This document shows positions 1-8,779 of a DNA stretch of 64,000 bases, piece after piece (position 1 is the first letter of the stretch; every line of letters starts with the position of its first letter). The notes under the pieces are model-generated. The model searched no databases, was not told the DNA's origin, and saw only the letters and a list, made by a program, of their open reading frames with translations. This DNA is from a virus: the IMG/VR virus record IMGVR_UViG_3300027881_000011, positions 3,783 to 67,782 of that record; one strand, given 5' to 3'. The position numbers were made by a program, and so were the translations under genes.

Positions 1-312
1 CGTGATTGGAACATCTACCAGCCGACGACCAAGATCAAGATTGCTGCCGAGCTACCGACTGACCGCCCGTTGGTGCTGCTGGCCCCACAGGAAGGTAGGT
101 ACATTCAGGGCACGGAGAGCTTAAAGGGCTTCGTACACCCGGAGAATGCGATCTATATGTTCGGACCTTCGCACGCAAACCTGAATGACGAGGATCACAT
201 GGGTGCGCGGGTTCCCGATCACAGCGTGTACATCCCGTTGGTGAAGCATGAAGCCTTTGGTCACACGGCTGCATACATGACTCTCTGGGATCGAGTACAG
301 AAGAATGGCTGA
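1..312 (+). CDS. SPOUT (SpoU/TrmH-like) RNA methyltransferase-like protein, 5' truncated by window edge
   Basis: Frame 1 is open from base 1. C-terminal pattern LKGFVHPENAIYMFGP...VYIP...AAYMTLWDR resembles the SpoU knot region, but the usual Glu after FGP is Ser. Confidence 0.5.
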   Translation, partial: RDWNIYQPTTKIKIAAELPTDRPLVLLAPQEGRYIQGTESLKGFVHPENAIYMFGPSHANLNDEDHMGARVPDHSVYIPLVKHEAFGHTAAYMTLWDRVQKNG

Positions 313-3073
313 CACAATCACAGACAACCGAGCACAGATTCATGACGCGGACAGCGTTCCAAGTACTGCTCCGTGGTGGGTTGACCTCTCAGGTAATGTC
401 ATGGCTTCCGGTAACCTTGATACGGAAATCTTCCTTGAAGGTACTGGTTCCATCACCGAGACCGCTGGCTCTACGAGAGCGGGTATCTTTTGGGAGTACG
501 CGACTACTCAGGACCTCTCCAGCAATCACATTTACCTCTGGGTCAACTGCGGTGTCGTAGGTCTGCTTTCGGCCAAAGCCAGCCAAGGCATGACCTTCAG
601 AATATACACCACTGATCCCACAACAGATTACGCGGAGTGGGACATCGGTGGCAACGATAGCTGGCCGCCCTCTATTCAGGGTGGTTGGACGTTGTTCTGT
701 ATTGACCTTGAGTCTACAGCGTCCCGTACTTCTGGAACACCACCGTCAACGGCAGCAGTTCTAGGGCTGGGCATCTCTTTCATAACCGATTCCATGCCCC
801 GAATGGTGAACAACACTTGGATGGACGCTTTGTACAGCTTGGCTGACGGTGTTCCTGCGTGCATTGTCGAGGGTCAGAACGGCGGTGTAACTCCGTGGAC
901 ATGGGCTGACTTGCCTACTGAACTGGGCGTTGCTTCAGGTGTGGCTCAGGACGGACCCGGTGGCACAATCGTATTGAATGGGCCGATTGAGTTCTTTGCA
1001 GATGACGCAACAGATCATGAATTTGCCAGTACGAACGAAACGGTACTGTTTGCGGATCACGAGTTCATTGCAACCGACTTCTATGGCATTACGGTTCTGG
1101 GTGCAGCTTCAGGCACCGCAGACTTCAAGATGGGGATCAAGACCGGAACCGGTGATGACGCTACTGGCTCGCAAGGCGGCTCTATCATCGCCGGTTCTGC
1201 TGATGTTCGATGGTTCTGGGATTCCGACATAGCCAACATCGATACCTGCAATATGTACGGCGTACAGCTAATCCATGGTGGCGACTTCCAGATTGACTCT
1301 ACTGCTAACTCGTGGATCAGCTGTGCGTGGATTGATTGCACCTCTGCTACCGTGAGCAACGCTGAGGTGTTGAGCTGCACAGCCATAGATGCTAATACGG
1401 CTGATGGCGTGGCGTTCATGACTACGGACGATTTGACTGACATCGTGAACTGCACGTTTGAGTTCTCGGATGGTCACGCGGTAGAGCTGACGACACCAAG
1501 GGTGGCAAGCCAGACCTCGAAGGGCAACACGTACACAGGCTATGGGTCCACCGGCACAAACGATGCGGTCATCTACAACAACACGGCAGGCGCGGTAACC
1601 ATTGGTGTACTGGGTGGCGACACACCAACATATCGGAACGGCACAAGCGCAACCACCACAATAGAGAATAACGTCACGGTAACAATAGGTGGCGTCACCG
1701 AAGGCACATCAGTCAAGGTTATTGCTGACGAGACAGTGGGCACGATCACCGCAGGCGACGTGCTTGATGAGTCCTTCGCAGACGTTAATGGTGAGAGCAC
1801 CTTTTCCTTTGCTTACGAGAGCGCCTTCAATCCATCAGGGTTAGATGTGATTGTGCGAGCACGCAACGCAGGCATTGCTGTTGCAGCTATAGCAGACAAT
1901 GGTGGGGCATTCACTGACGAGACGCTTGAAGCGAACTCGGTTGCCACCAATGACATGAACCTGTTGCCAGCTGTACCGGTAGCAGATGATGCCTACTATT
2001 TTGGTCATACAGAGCGCATCCCACGACTGAGGCTCGACGTGACAACCGCACTGACAGGCACAGGTAACAGCGTCATCTGGGAGTATTACAACGGCTCGAC
2101 GTGGGCAACATGCCCTGACATCAGTGATGGCACGGATGGCTTCGAGACGGTAGGCGACAACGTGGTGGCATGGTCGAACGTCGCTGATGGCAGTTGGGGT
2201 ACGACCACGATCAATTCTCAAGGTCCGTTCTTCTACGTGCGAGCAAGGCTTGATACCACGACCACTGTTACAGCTGTACCGAAAGCTCGCAAGGTGCAGC
2301 TCGATACAACCAAGTACCTGCCGTATGTGGCAGACAGGACGATAGTAGAAGGGACTGGCTTGTCAGATATCGCAGCATGGCAGATAGATAACGTAGCCGT
2401 GTTGACTGAAGACCCGTTTCCGCAACCACCGCCACCGGGCGATCTGGCAATACTGGTATCTGGTGGAGCCAGCAATGCAGCGTCAGGCACCACGCTCAAC
2501 GACACCATCAATCTGGTGGCTGGAGCAAACCGTAAGCTGGTGGTGTGGACGAGTTTTCAGGATGCCACTGGCACGATCAACATAAGCTGTACTTATGACG
2601 GCAACACCATGAATATTGTTGGTGATTACAGTGAGTTCTCAATACTGAATGGCAGAATAATTTGTCGGTACTACGATGTGCCTGATGTAGACACTGGTAG
2701 CAAGACGATTTCTATGACAGTGCCATCAGCGAGAACGAACAGAGACCTGAGTTGGGCGCTGATCGATGAGACGGCATCAGGTATAGAAGAGGCTGAAACT
2801 GGTGCCCACAGTGCCGGGGGAACGAGCAGAGATACAACCCTGACCAACACGACAGCAAGCGCAATACTGATTCAAGGGTTGCACACTCAGGCAAGCACGA
2901 GTGCTCACGCCCCCACTAATGGGGCGACAGAAGAGTTGGATCAGGCCGGGGCTCAGGGGCAGCAACACATCGTTTACGAGATTGTGTCCGTGGCGCAATC
3001 CGAGACCATTGGGGCGTCATGGACTACCTCAGCGAACCATCTCTGGGTCGGAGCATTTTTCGCAGGATCGTAA
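305..3073 (+). CDS. Large Thr/Gly/Asp-rich putative virion accessory or adhesion protein (922 aa)
   Basis: Long ORF with beta-rich composition and several Trp-containing carbohydrate-binding-like segments; co-oriented with packaging genes. Confidence 0.55.
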   Translation: MADTITDNRAQIHDADSVPSTAPWWVDLSGNVMASGNLDTEIFLEGTGSITETAGSTRAGIFWEYATTQDLSSNHIYLWVNCGVVGLLSAKASQGMTFRIYTTDPTTDYAEWDIGGNDSWPPSIQGGWTLFCIDLESTASRTSGTPPSTAAVLGLGISFITDSMPRMVNNTWMDALYSLADGVPACIVEGQNGGVTPWTWADLPTELGVASGVAQDGPGGTIVLNGPIEFFADDATDHEFASTNETVLFADHEFIATDFYGITVLGAASGTADFKMGIKTGTGDDATGSQGGSIIAGSADVRWFWDSDIANIDTCNMYGVQLIHGGDFQIDSTANSWISCAWIDCTSATVSNAEVLSCTAIDANTADGVAFMTTDDLTDIVNCTFEFSDGHAVELTTPRVASQTSKGNTYTGYGSTGTNDAVIYNNTAGAVTIGVLGGDTPTYRNGTSATTTIENNVTVTIGGVTEGTSVKVIADETVGTITAGDVLDESFADVNGESTFSFAYESAFNPSGLDVIVRARNAGIAVAAIADNGGAFTDETLEANSVATNDMNLLPAVPVADDAYYFGHTERIPRLRLDVTTALTGTGNSVIWEYYNGSTWATCPDISDGTDGFETVGDNVVAWSNVADGSWGTTTINSQGPFFYVRARLDTTTTVTAVPKARKVQLDTTKYLPYVADRTIVEGTGLSDIAAWQIDNVAVLTEDPFPQPPPPGDLAILVSGGASNAASGTTLNDTINLVAGANRKLVVWTSFQDATGTINISCTYDGNTMNIVGDYSEFSILNGRIICRYYDVPDVDTGSKTISMTVPSARTNRDLSWALIDETASGIEEAETGAHSAGGTSRDTTLTNTTASAILIQGLHTQASTSAHAPTNGATEELDQAGAQGQQHIVYEIVSVAQSETIGASWTTSANHLWVGAFFAGS

Positions 3074-3161
3074 ATACGGAATTGATCGTGACCTCAGCAG
3101 TGGGCATCACGAGCACTTGAACTGAAAAGCAGGGGCATTTTATCAATAGGAGCACACAGTA

Positions 3162-5723
3162 ATGACAACTCTCTCAATACTCGGCGGGGATTTCGAAATT
3201 CTCTTCGATGACGAGACGGTCGGCGGCAACGCAGTAGCAGGCATGAGGATGGTTCGTCGTGCGACTGGTGCGAGCGCCACCGTTTATACATCTCTTGCCC
3301 TCTACTCGGACGTAGCAGCCAACGCTGATGCGTTCCAAGCAATGGGTTTTACTAACCCGATGCTGCCGACGACGCCGAACGCATTCACCATGGAGAACAA
3401 GTACTTCATGCCGCGTTCGTCCACTGAGTTCCTGAAGGAAGGAACATTCACTTGCGACTGGACCAACGGCATCTTGCCAGACACCAACGGCAATGGAGTG
3501 ATCCGAAAGCCGTACACCGATACCACGCCTTTCGTGGTTGGTGATATTGGCAGGCAGGTTACTGCATCAGCGTCCACTGACACAGGCACGCTGCTGGACT
3601 TCGAGGTGGAGCCTGACGGCACCCTTGTCCTCTGGATAAGACCAGATGTGTCTGGTGCGGGTGGTGACGAGTTCGATGACACCACAGGCACGATCAGCGT
3701 GACTGGCGACGGTGGCACTGGCTCAGGTTCACCTATTGCTGGCGAGACCGATGGCGTTACCAAGTACACCGCGATTCAGGCAATCGGTAGCGTACCGACA
3801 GCCACCGAAGTGTACGTGGTGCAGAACCGCATCAAGCTGGCAGACTCTGTGTCCAATACGTTTCAGTGGTGGGCAACCGATCCGGCTGTCTCGCTGGGCA
3901 TCATCTCAGTACTGGTCCGCACCAGAACACAGAGCGTGGATATCGCTGACGAGGATTTGGAAGTCTTCTCTCGACGCTACACGTCGCTGTACGACAACTT
4001 CCGACTGAACGTCGCAGCGGGTGGCTTCTCAGCACTACCGCTGGCGTCTGCGCCTGACATCAACAACACCACCGGCTACTTCGCTGGTGTTTGGCAGTCA
4101 GGTACTGGCACAGCCATGTTGGTGGGAGATATTCTCGACAACACCACAGGTGGCAAGACAGGCGGCGCATATGTCGTCACCGCAGTAGTAGACAGTGGTG
4201 CCACAGGCACCTTCGAGTATTACGAGGTGGGTGACTTGACTGCGTTCGCAACCACGGACACGTTCACCAGTCCCAACCGCAACGGCACCATCAATGGTGC
4301 GCCAACAGCAAACGTGGGTGGACCAACCGAGACAGGCGCTGGCAACGGTGGCACGGTTACCATCACCATTGGCAACGTGCTGGCAGACCATGATGGCTCA
4401 GGTACGACAGAGCCATACTCGGTGACCATCGATGCACAGGGTCCGGGCGCTAATGGTGTCGCGGTTGCTGATGTGTACGAGCGCATCAAGTACGTAACTC
4501 GCCGGGGGCAAGACAACACCTTCTGGGACACGATAGCTTGCACGATTCCGGGTGAGCAGTATCACGGCATTGAGTCACAGGTATGGACGGTCACTGAATC
4601 AGGTGTCTTCACTGAGGGCGATGACATCACAGGTCAGGGTGGCTACACGGCACGAGTGCTGGGCGTGAACGGCTCAGGAACTGGTGAAGGCACTTTGCAG
4701 AACTACATCATGGTCACCGATCAGCAGACATCGCTCGATGGTATTGCTGACAATGACTTGCTGACTGATACCACTGGTGGTGACACGGTTAATGCCGACA
4801 CTGGTGGTGCGGGTGGTGCGATTCAGAACTTCCCATCGTCCAACAAGGCATCTCCGTTCGGCACCTTCACTGGTACGCAGCTCTTCGGTAGTCGCGGCAT
4901 CCTGTACACAGGACAGCACGATGACGACACGCAGGCGTACACGCTCATCGATGATAACGGTACGCAACGAGTTAGCCCGAATACCGTCACGTTTCAGGTT
5001 GCCAACACGGCAGCCGGTGACAGGGTGTTCGTGGCTCGCGATACCGGCGTTGACGGCATCATCGACAAGGATCAGTTCGGTGGCATGACGGCAGTCGCAG
5101 CCAGCTCGAAGACCATCACGGTCGCGGGTACGGTTGATGCTGAGGTACCGACAGCTGGTTTCGTGCGAGTGGTCGAGACGACCTTGCAGGAAGAGCATAA
5201 GTACCATTACGCCAGCCGGACCACAGGTGCATCAGGTGTCTTCACGTTGGTTGACATCACGGCCAGCACTGCCAACGACACTGGTGCGACGACTACGCCG
5301 ACTCTCCTGAATGACAGCACAGCGACGTTCCAGACTGAAGGTGTGGTACCGGGCATGTTGATTCAGGACACCACCAACGGTGACACCTACGAGGTTGTCG
5401 AGCTGGTCTCTGGTTTTGAAGAGACTCGGATCACGATCTTCCAAGTGTTCGGTACTGGCGGCACGCTGGCATCGGGTGATGCGTACACCATCAACGAGAC
5501 CATTCAGCTGTACGCAACCAGTGATGACATCTACGACCTTATCCTCGATAAGGAAGCAACTGGCACGAGCGAGAGTAATACGTTCGTCCAGTCCACGCTG
5601 TTCGACACCGTGGTGAACGTGAGACAGGGCAAGGTAATCCTGCCATTCACGCAGAATCAGGCAGTCACAGCATCAGGCGCGACGGTGACCGTTGTAAGGC
5701 AGCCAGACACCATCGCCGTATAA
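3162..5723 (+). CDS. Large Thr/Gly-rich putative virion structural protein (853 aa)
   Basis: AGGAG RBS upstream, long ORF, fibre-like beta-rich composition. Confidence 0.55.
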   Translation: MTTLSILGGDFEILFDDETVGGNAVAGMRMVRRATGASATVYTSLALYSDVAANADAFQAMGFTNPMLPTTPNAFTMENKYFMPRSSTEFLKEGTFTCDWTNGILPDTNGNGVIRKPYTDTTPFVVGDIGRQVTASASTDTGTLLDFEVEPDGTLVLWIRPDVSGAGGDEFDDTTGTISVTGDGGTGSGSPIAGETDGVTKYTAIQAIGSVPTATEVYVVQNRIKLADSVSNTFQWWATDPAVSLGIISVLVRTRTQSVDIADEDLEVFSRRYTSLYDNFRLNVAAGGFSALPLASAPDINNTTGYFAGVWQSGTGTAMLVGDILDNTTGGKTGGAYVVTAVVDSGATGTFEYYEVGDLTAFATTDTFTSPNRNGTINGAPTANVGGPTETGAGNGGTVTITIGNVLADHDGSGTTEPYSVTIDAQGPGANGVAVADVYERIKYVTRRGQDNTFWDTIACTIPGEQYHGIESQVWTVTESGVFTEGDDITGQGGYTARVLGVNGSGTGEGTLQNYIMVTDQQTSLDGIADNDLLTDTTGGDTVNADTGGAGGAIQNFPSSNKASPFGTFTGTQLFGSRGILYTGQHDDDTQAYTLIDDNGTQRVSPNTVTFQVANTAAGDRVFVARDTGVDGIIDKDQFGGMTAVAASSKTITVAGTVDAEVPTAGFVRVVETTLQEEHKYHYASRTTGASGVFTLVDITASTANDTGATTTPTLLNDSTATFQTEGVVPGMLIQDTTNGDTYEVVELVSGFEETRITIFQVFGTGGTLASGDAYTINETIQLYATSDDIYDLILDKEATGTSESNTFVQSTLFDTVVNVRQGKVILPFTQNQAVTASGATVTVVRQPDTIAV

Positions 5724-5739
5724 ACAGGAGAACAGGGGT

Positions 5740-6321
5740 ATGTCAGAGGACAGGAACAGCAACATCGGTCAGGTTGGTGTTGAGTCCATTCGGATCAAGG
5801 GGCGGATGATTGATGATCTGCCCCTTGGTCAGGGCAATGAGGCGAAGGCAGGACTGCCAGCGGCCATTGAACAGGAGCGACTCAATAAAATCGAGACCAT
5901 CAACGCGAACTACCCGACGCATCGCATCGACTACTTGATCTCACGCATCAACGAGTGCGAAGAGAACAAGAAGAGGATGATGCTGACGATAGCTCAGCTT
6001 GGGAAAATGAGCAGTGACTACAAGGGTCAAATCGTGATGTGCGAACACCGTGACAGGGAGATCGCGATAGCACAAGAAGATGTGATGTTGAGTGATGACG
6101 AGATCACCGCCAAGGTGAGAGAACTACGCAGGCAGTTTCCACTGTATGACGTGGTTGCCATGGAGCAGCAGATCATCCAGAACGACGAAGGCACCGAGCG
6201 TTGCACTAAGGTCATTGAACAGGAAGACACCAGCATCAAGGAGCTTACCGAGGTGCTGACATTGTGCAGGGAGCGCGACAAGAAGCTGGCAGAGTATGGA
6301 GCAATAGCTGAAGGATCATGA
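5740..6321 (+). CDS. Coiled-coil hypothetical protein (possible assembly chaperone)
   Basis: AGGAG/GGGG RBS; E/K/R-rich helical sequence. Confidence 0.5.
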   Translation: MSEDRNSNIGQVGVESIRIKGRMIDDLPLGQGNEAKAGLPAAIEQERLNKIETINANYPTHRIDYLISRINECEENKKRMMLTIAQLGKMSSDYKGQIVMCEHRDREIAIAQEDVMLSDDEITAKVRELRRQFPLYDVVAMEQQIIQNDEGTERCTKVIEQEDTSIKELTEVLTLCRERDKKLAEYGAIAEGS

Positions 6322-7121
6322 CCACTCGCACGGACGTAACGTATGACCTGAGACGATCCCCACGGATCGCAGAGGTCGCCTCGCCATCGGTAGAAATGCT
6401 GGTGCAGGATTACGTCGATACCACACGTCCGTTCGAATCATCCTTTGAAGCGATGTCGCACACATTCCTGATCAGTGCAGGCGGCAAACAGGACTTGGGT
6501 GGTGGCAAGCTGGTCGAGATCACGCTCGAAGAGCAAGACATTAAGCTGTCGTTTGAGGCACGCACCACGCCTGCCGAGACTGGTACGGTGACCACAGGCT
6601 CAGCGACTCCCATCAAGGGCGAGATCACCTTTACTGATACCGCAGCAAACTTCACTGCCGCCAACGTCGCTCGTGGCTCACTGGTAATCAACTTCACTGA
6701 TCGCAGCATCGCTGACGTGGTGTCGGTGGATGCTGATGACACCCTGACCACGAAGATACTGGTGAATGGCATCGGCAACACGTTCGACGTTGCTGATGTG
6801 TACCACGTCTTCAATGTCATACAGATGACAGTGCAGGGCGGCAACGTGGTGGCAGTGGACGATCTGGATGCTATTACCAACGCAATCCTGCCGACAGCGT
6901 TCTCGCAGGTAGTACTGACGCTGGCATCGTCCGGCACCATTCAGGGGCTTGACCAGATTGAGACTGATCTTGCCACCATCATCGCGCAGACCACCGCAGC
7001 AGCACAGGCCGCTGCGGTATGGGATGCACTCATCTCTGCGCACTCAGTCACTGGCTCATTCGGAGAGTTCGTCGTGCGTCGTCTGTTGACGATTGCGAAG
7101 TTCTTCAGTCTGCGCACATGA
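6318..7121 (+). CDS. Putative structural protein (267 aa)
   Basis: ATGA overlaps at both ends; Thr/Ala-rich with an AAAVWD motif seen in phage structural proteins. Confidence 0.5.
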   Translation: MTTRTDVTYDLRRSPRIAEVASPSVEMLVQDYVDTTRPFESSFEAMSHTFLISAGGKQDLGGGKLVEITLEEQDIKLSFEARTTPAETGTVTTGSATPIKGEITFTDTAANFTAANVARGSLVINFTDRSIADVVSVDADDTLTTKILVNGIGNTFDVADVYHVFNVIQMTVQGGNVVAVDDLDAITNAILPTAFSQVVLTLASSGTIQGLDQIETDLATIIAQTTAAAQAAAVWDALISAHSVTGSFGEFVVRRLLTIAKFFSLRT

Positions 7122-8779
7122 ACAATCTCCTGATGCCAGAGACCGTTGCTGACTTCCATCATGGCTGGACCATGATCGAAGCCGAGGACATGCGGCGCAG
7201 CTTCAGAGAGTTTGTCGAAGGCGCGTGGCATGTGGTTGAGCCGGGTAAGACATTCAAGGGCGGCTGGCACATCGATGCCATCTGCGATCACCTCACGTAT
7301 GTATCGTTGGGCGATATCGATGATCTGGTGATCAACATCCCGCCACGTCACACCAAGTCGATCATCGTCGCTGTCATGTGGCCTGCATGGGAGTGGACGT
7401 GGAAGCCAGAGGTGCAGTGGCTGTTCGCGACCTACGCATTGGCACTGACGCTGCGTGACTCGGTGAAGTGTCGCAGACTGATCCAGTCACCGTGGTATCA
7501 GGAGCGCTTCGGGCACTCCTTCCACCTCAGCTCGGACCTGAACCAGAAGGGCAGGTTCGACAACGACCACATGGGCTACCGACTCGCAACAGCTGTCGCT
7601 GGTACGGCAACGGGCGAAGGTGGTGACCGCATCGTAGTGGACGATGCGCACAACATGAAAGAAATCAACTCCGACACTATCCGTGGTGGGGTCATCGAGT
7701 GGTGGCGTGATGTCATGTCCACTCGTGGTAACGATCCAAAAGAGTTAGGCCGTGTGATCATCGCGCAGCGGGGTCACCATCAGGACTTGCCGGGGCATGT
7801 GCTTTCTACTGGTAACTGGGTTCACCTTAACTTGCCGGGGTACTTTGTGCCCCAGACACGTTGCGTGACCAAAGCCAAAAAAGACTCAAAGCGCATTGTC
7901 CCGGTGAATCCTGAAACCTACACGTTCGGTGATCACGTCGAGCCATTGAAAGAAGAGCAGGTGATCTTCGTTGATCCACGCAAGAAAGAGAACGACCTGC
8001 TGACACCAGATCGTTTCGGTCCAGACGAGATGGCGAAGCTCTCCATGGAGTTGACCGAGCGCGGCTTCGAGGCACAGATTCAACAGAACCCGTCTGCTAA
8101 GGGCGGCAACATCATGAAGGTGCATCACTGGCGCAAGTGGGAAGAGCCAGAGCTGCCCAACATATCCATGGTCATCCAGAGCTACGACACTGCGTTCGAG
8201 GAAGAGGAAGAGAACGACTTCTCGGCCCGGACCACATGGGGCGTGTTCGAGCATGAAGAGCGTCTCAACCCGAATCTGCCATGGACAGCCAAGTACAAGG
8301 GGCAGACGCGCCTGTGCCTGATGTTGTTGGAACGCATGAACAAACGCTTGGAGTTTCCAGAGCTGCGAGAGAATGCAATAGAAGCGGCGCAGCTGTGGAA
8401 ACCAGACAAGATACTCATCGAGAAGAAAGCATCAGGACACTCTCTGGCGCAGGAGTTGCGGCGCGCTGGTCTACCGACCGCACGCATCAAGGTGAACGAT
8501 TCAAAGTTTGTGCGTGCCCATGCCGCATCGCTGGTACTGGAGCGCGGCTGCATCTTCTACGTGAAGCGCAACTGGGCTGATGAGGTGATTACCCAGTGTG
8601 GCAACTTCCCAGCTGATGACCATGACGACATGGTTGATACCTGCACCATGGCGATGCTGTGGCTCAGGAAGCGCTGGAGTGCCGACTTCCTCGATGACGA
8701 TGATGACGATAACGATGATCTGATGCGCCACGTTGACAAACCTGTCAGGACGTATGGCGGCATGAGAGGGGCAATGTAA
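7118..8779 (+). CDS. terL: Terminase large subunit
   Basis: Walker A-like INIPPRHTKS, Walker B GGDRIVVDD, nuclease motifs QSYDTA/DFSA/HDDMVD. Start placed at ATG 7118 (ATGA coupling) rather than 7019. Confidence 0.95.
   Translation: MNNLLMPETVADFHHGWTMIEAEDMRRSFREFVEGAWHVVEPGKTFKGGWHIDAICDHLTYVSLGDIDDLVINIPPRHTKSIIVAVMWPAWEWTWKPEVQWLFATYALALTLRDSVKCRRLIQSPWYQERFGHSFHLSSDLNQKGRFDNDHMGYRLATAVAGTATGEGGDRIVVDDAHNMKEINSDTIRGGVIEWWRDVMSTRGNDPKELGRVIIAQRGHHQDLPGHVLSTGNWVHLNLPGYFVPQTRCVTKAKKDSKRIVPVNPETYTFGDHVEPLKEEQVIFVDPRKKENDLLTPDRFGPDEMAKLSMELTERGFEAQIQQNPSAKGGNIMKVHHWRKWEEPELPNISMVIQSYDTAFEEEEENDFSARTTWGVFEHEERLNPNLPWTAKYKGQTRLCLMLLERMNKRLEFPELRENAIEAAQLWKPDKILIEKKASGHSLAQELRRAGLPTARIKVNDSKFVRAHAASLVLERGCIFYVKRNWADEVITQCGNFPADDHDDMVDTCTMAMLWLRKRWSADFLDDDDDDNDDLMRHVDKPVRTYGGMRGAM

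Noticed and set aside
7019-7117. N-terminal extension of TerL in the ORF track (likewise 53693, 26677, 42130, 56237 starts)
   Set aside because: Downstream starts have an RBS or stop-start coupling and match domain boundaries.
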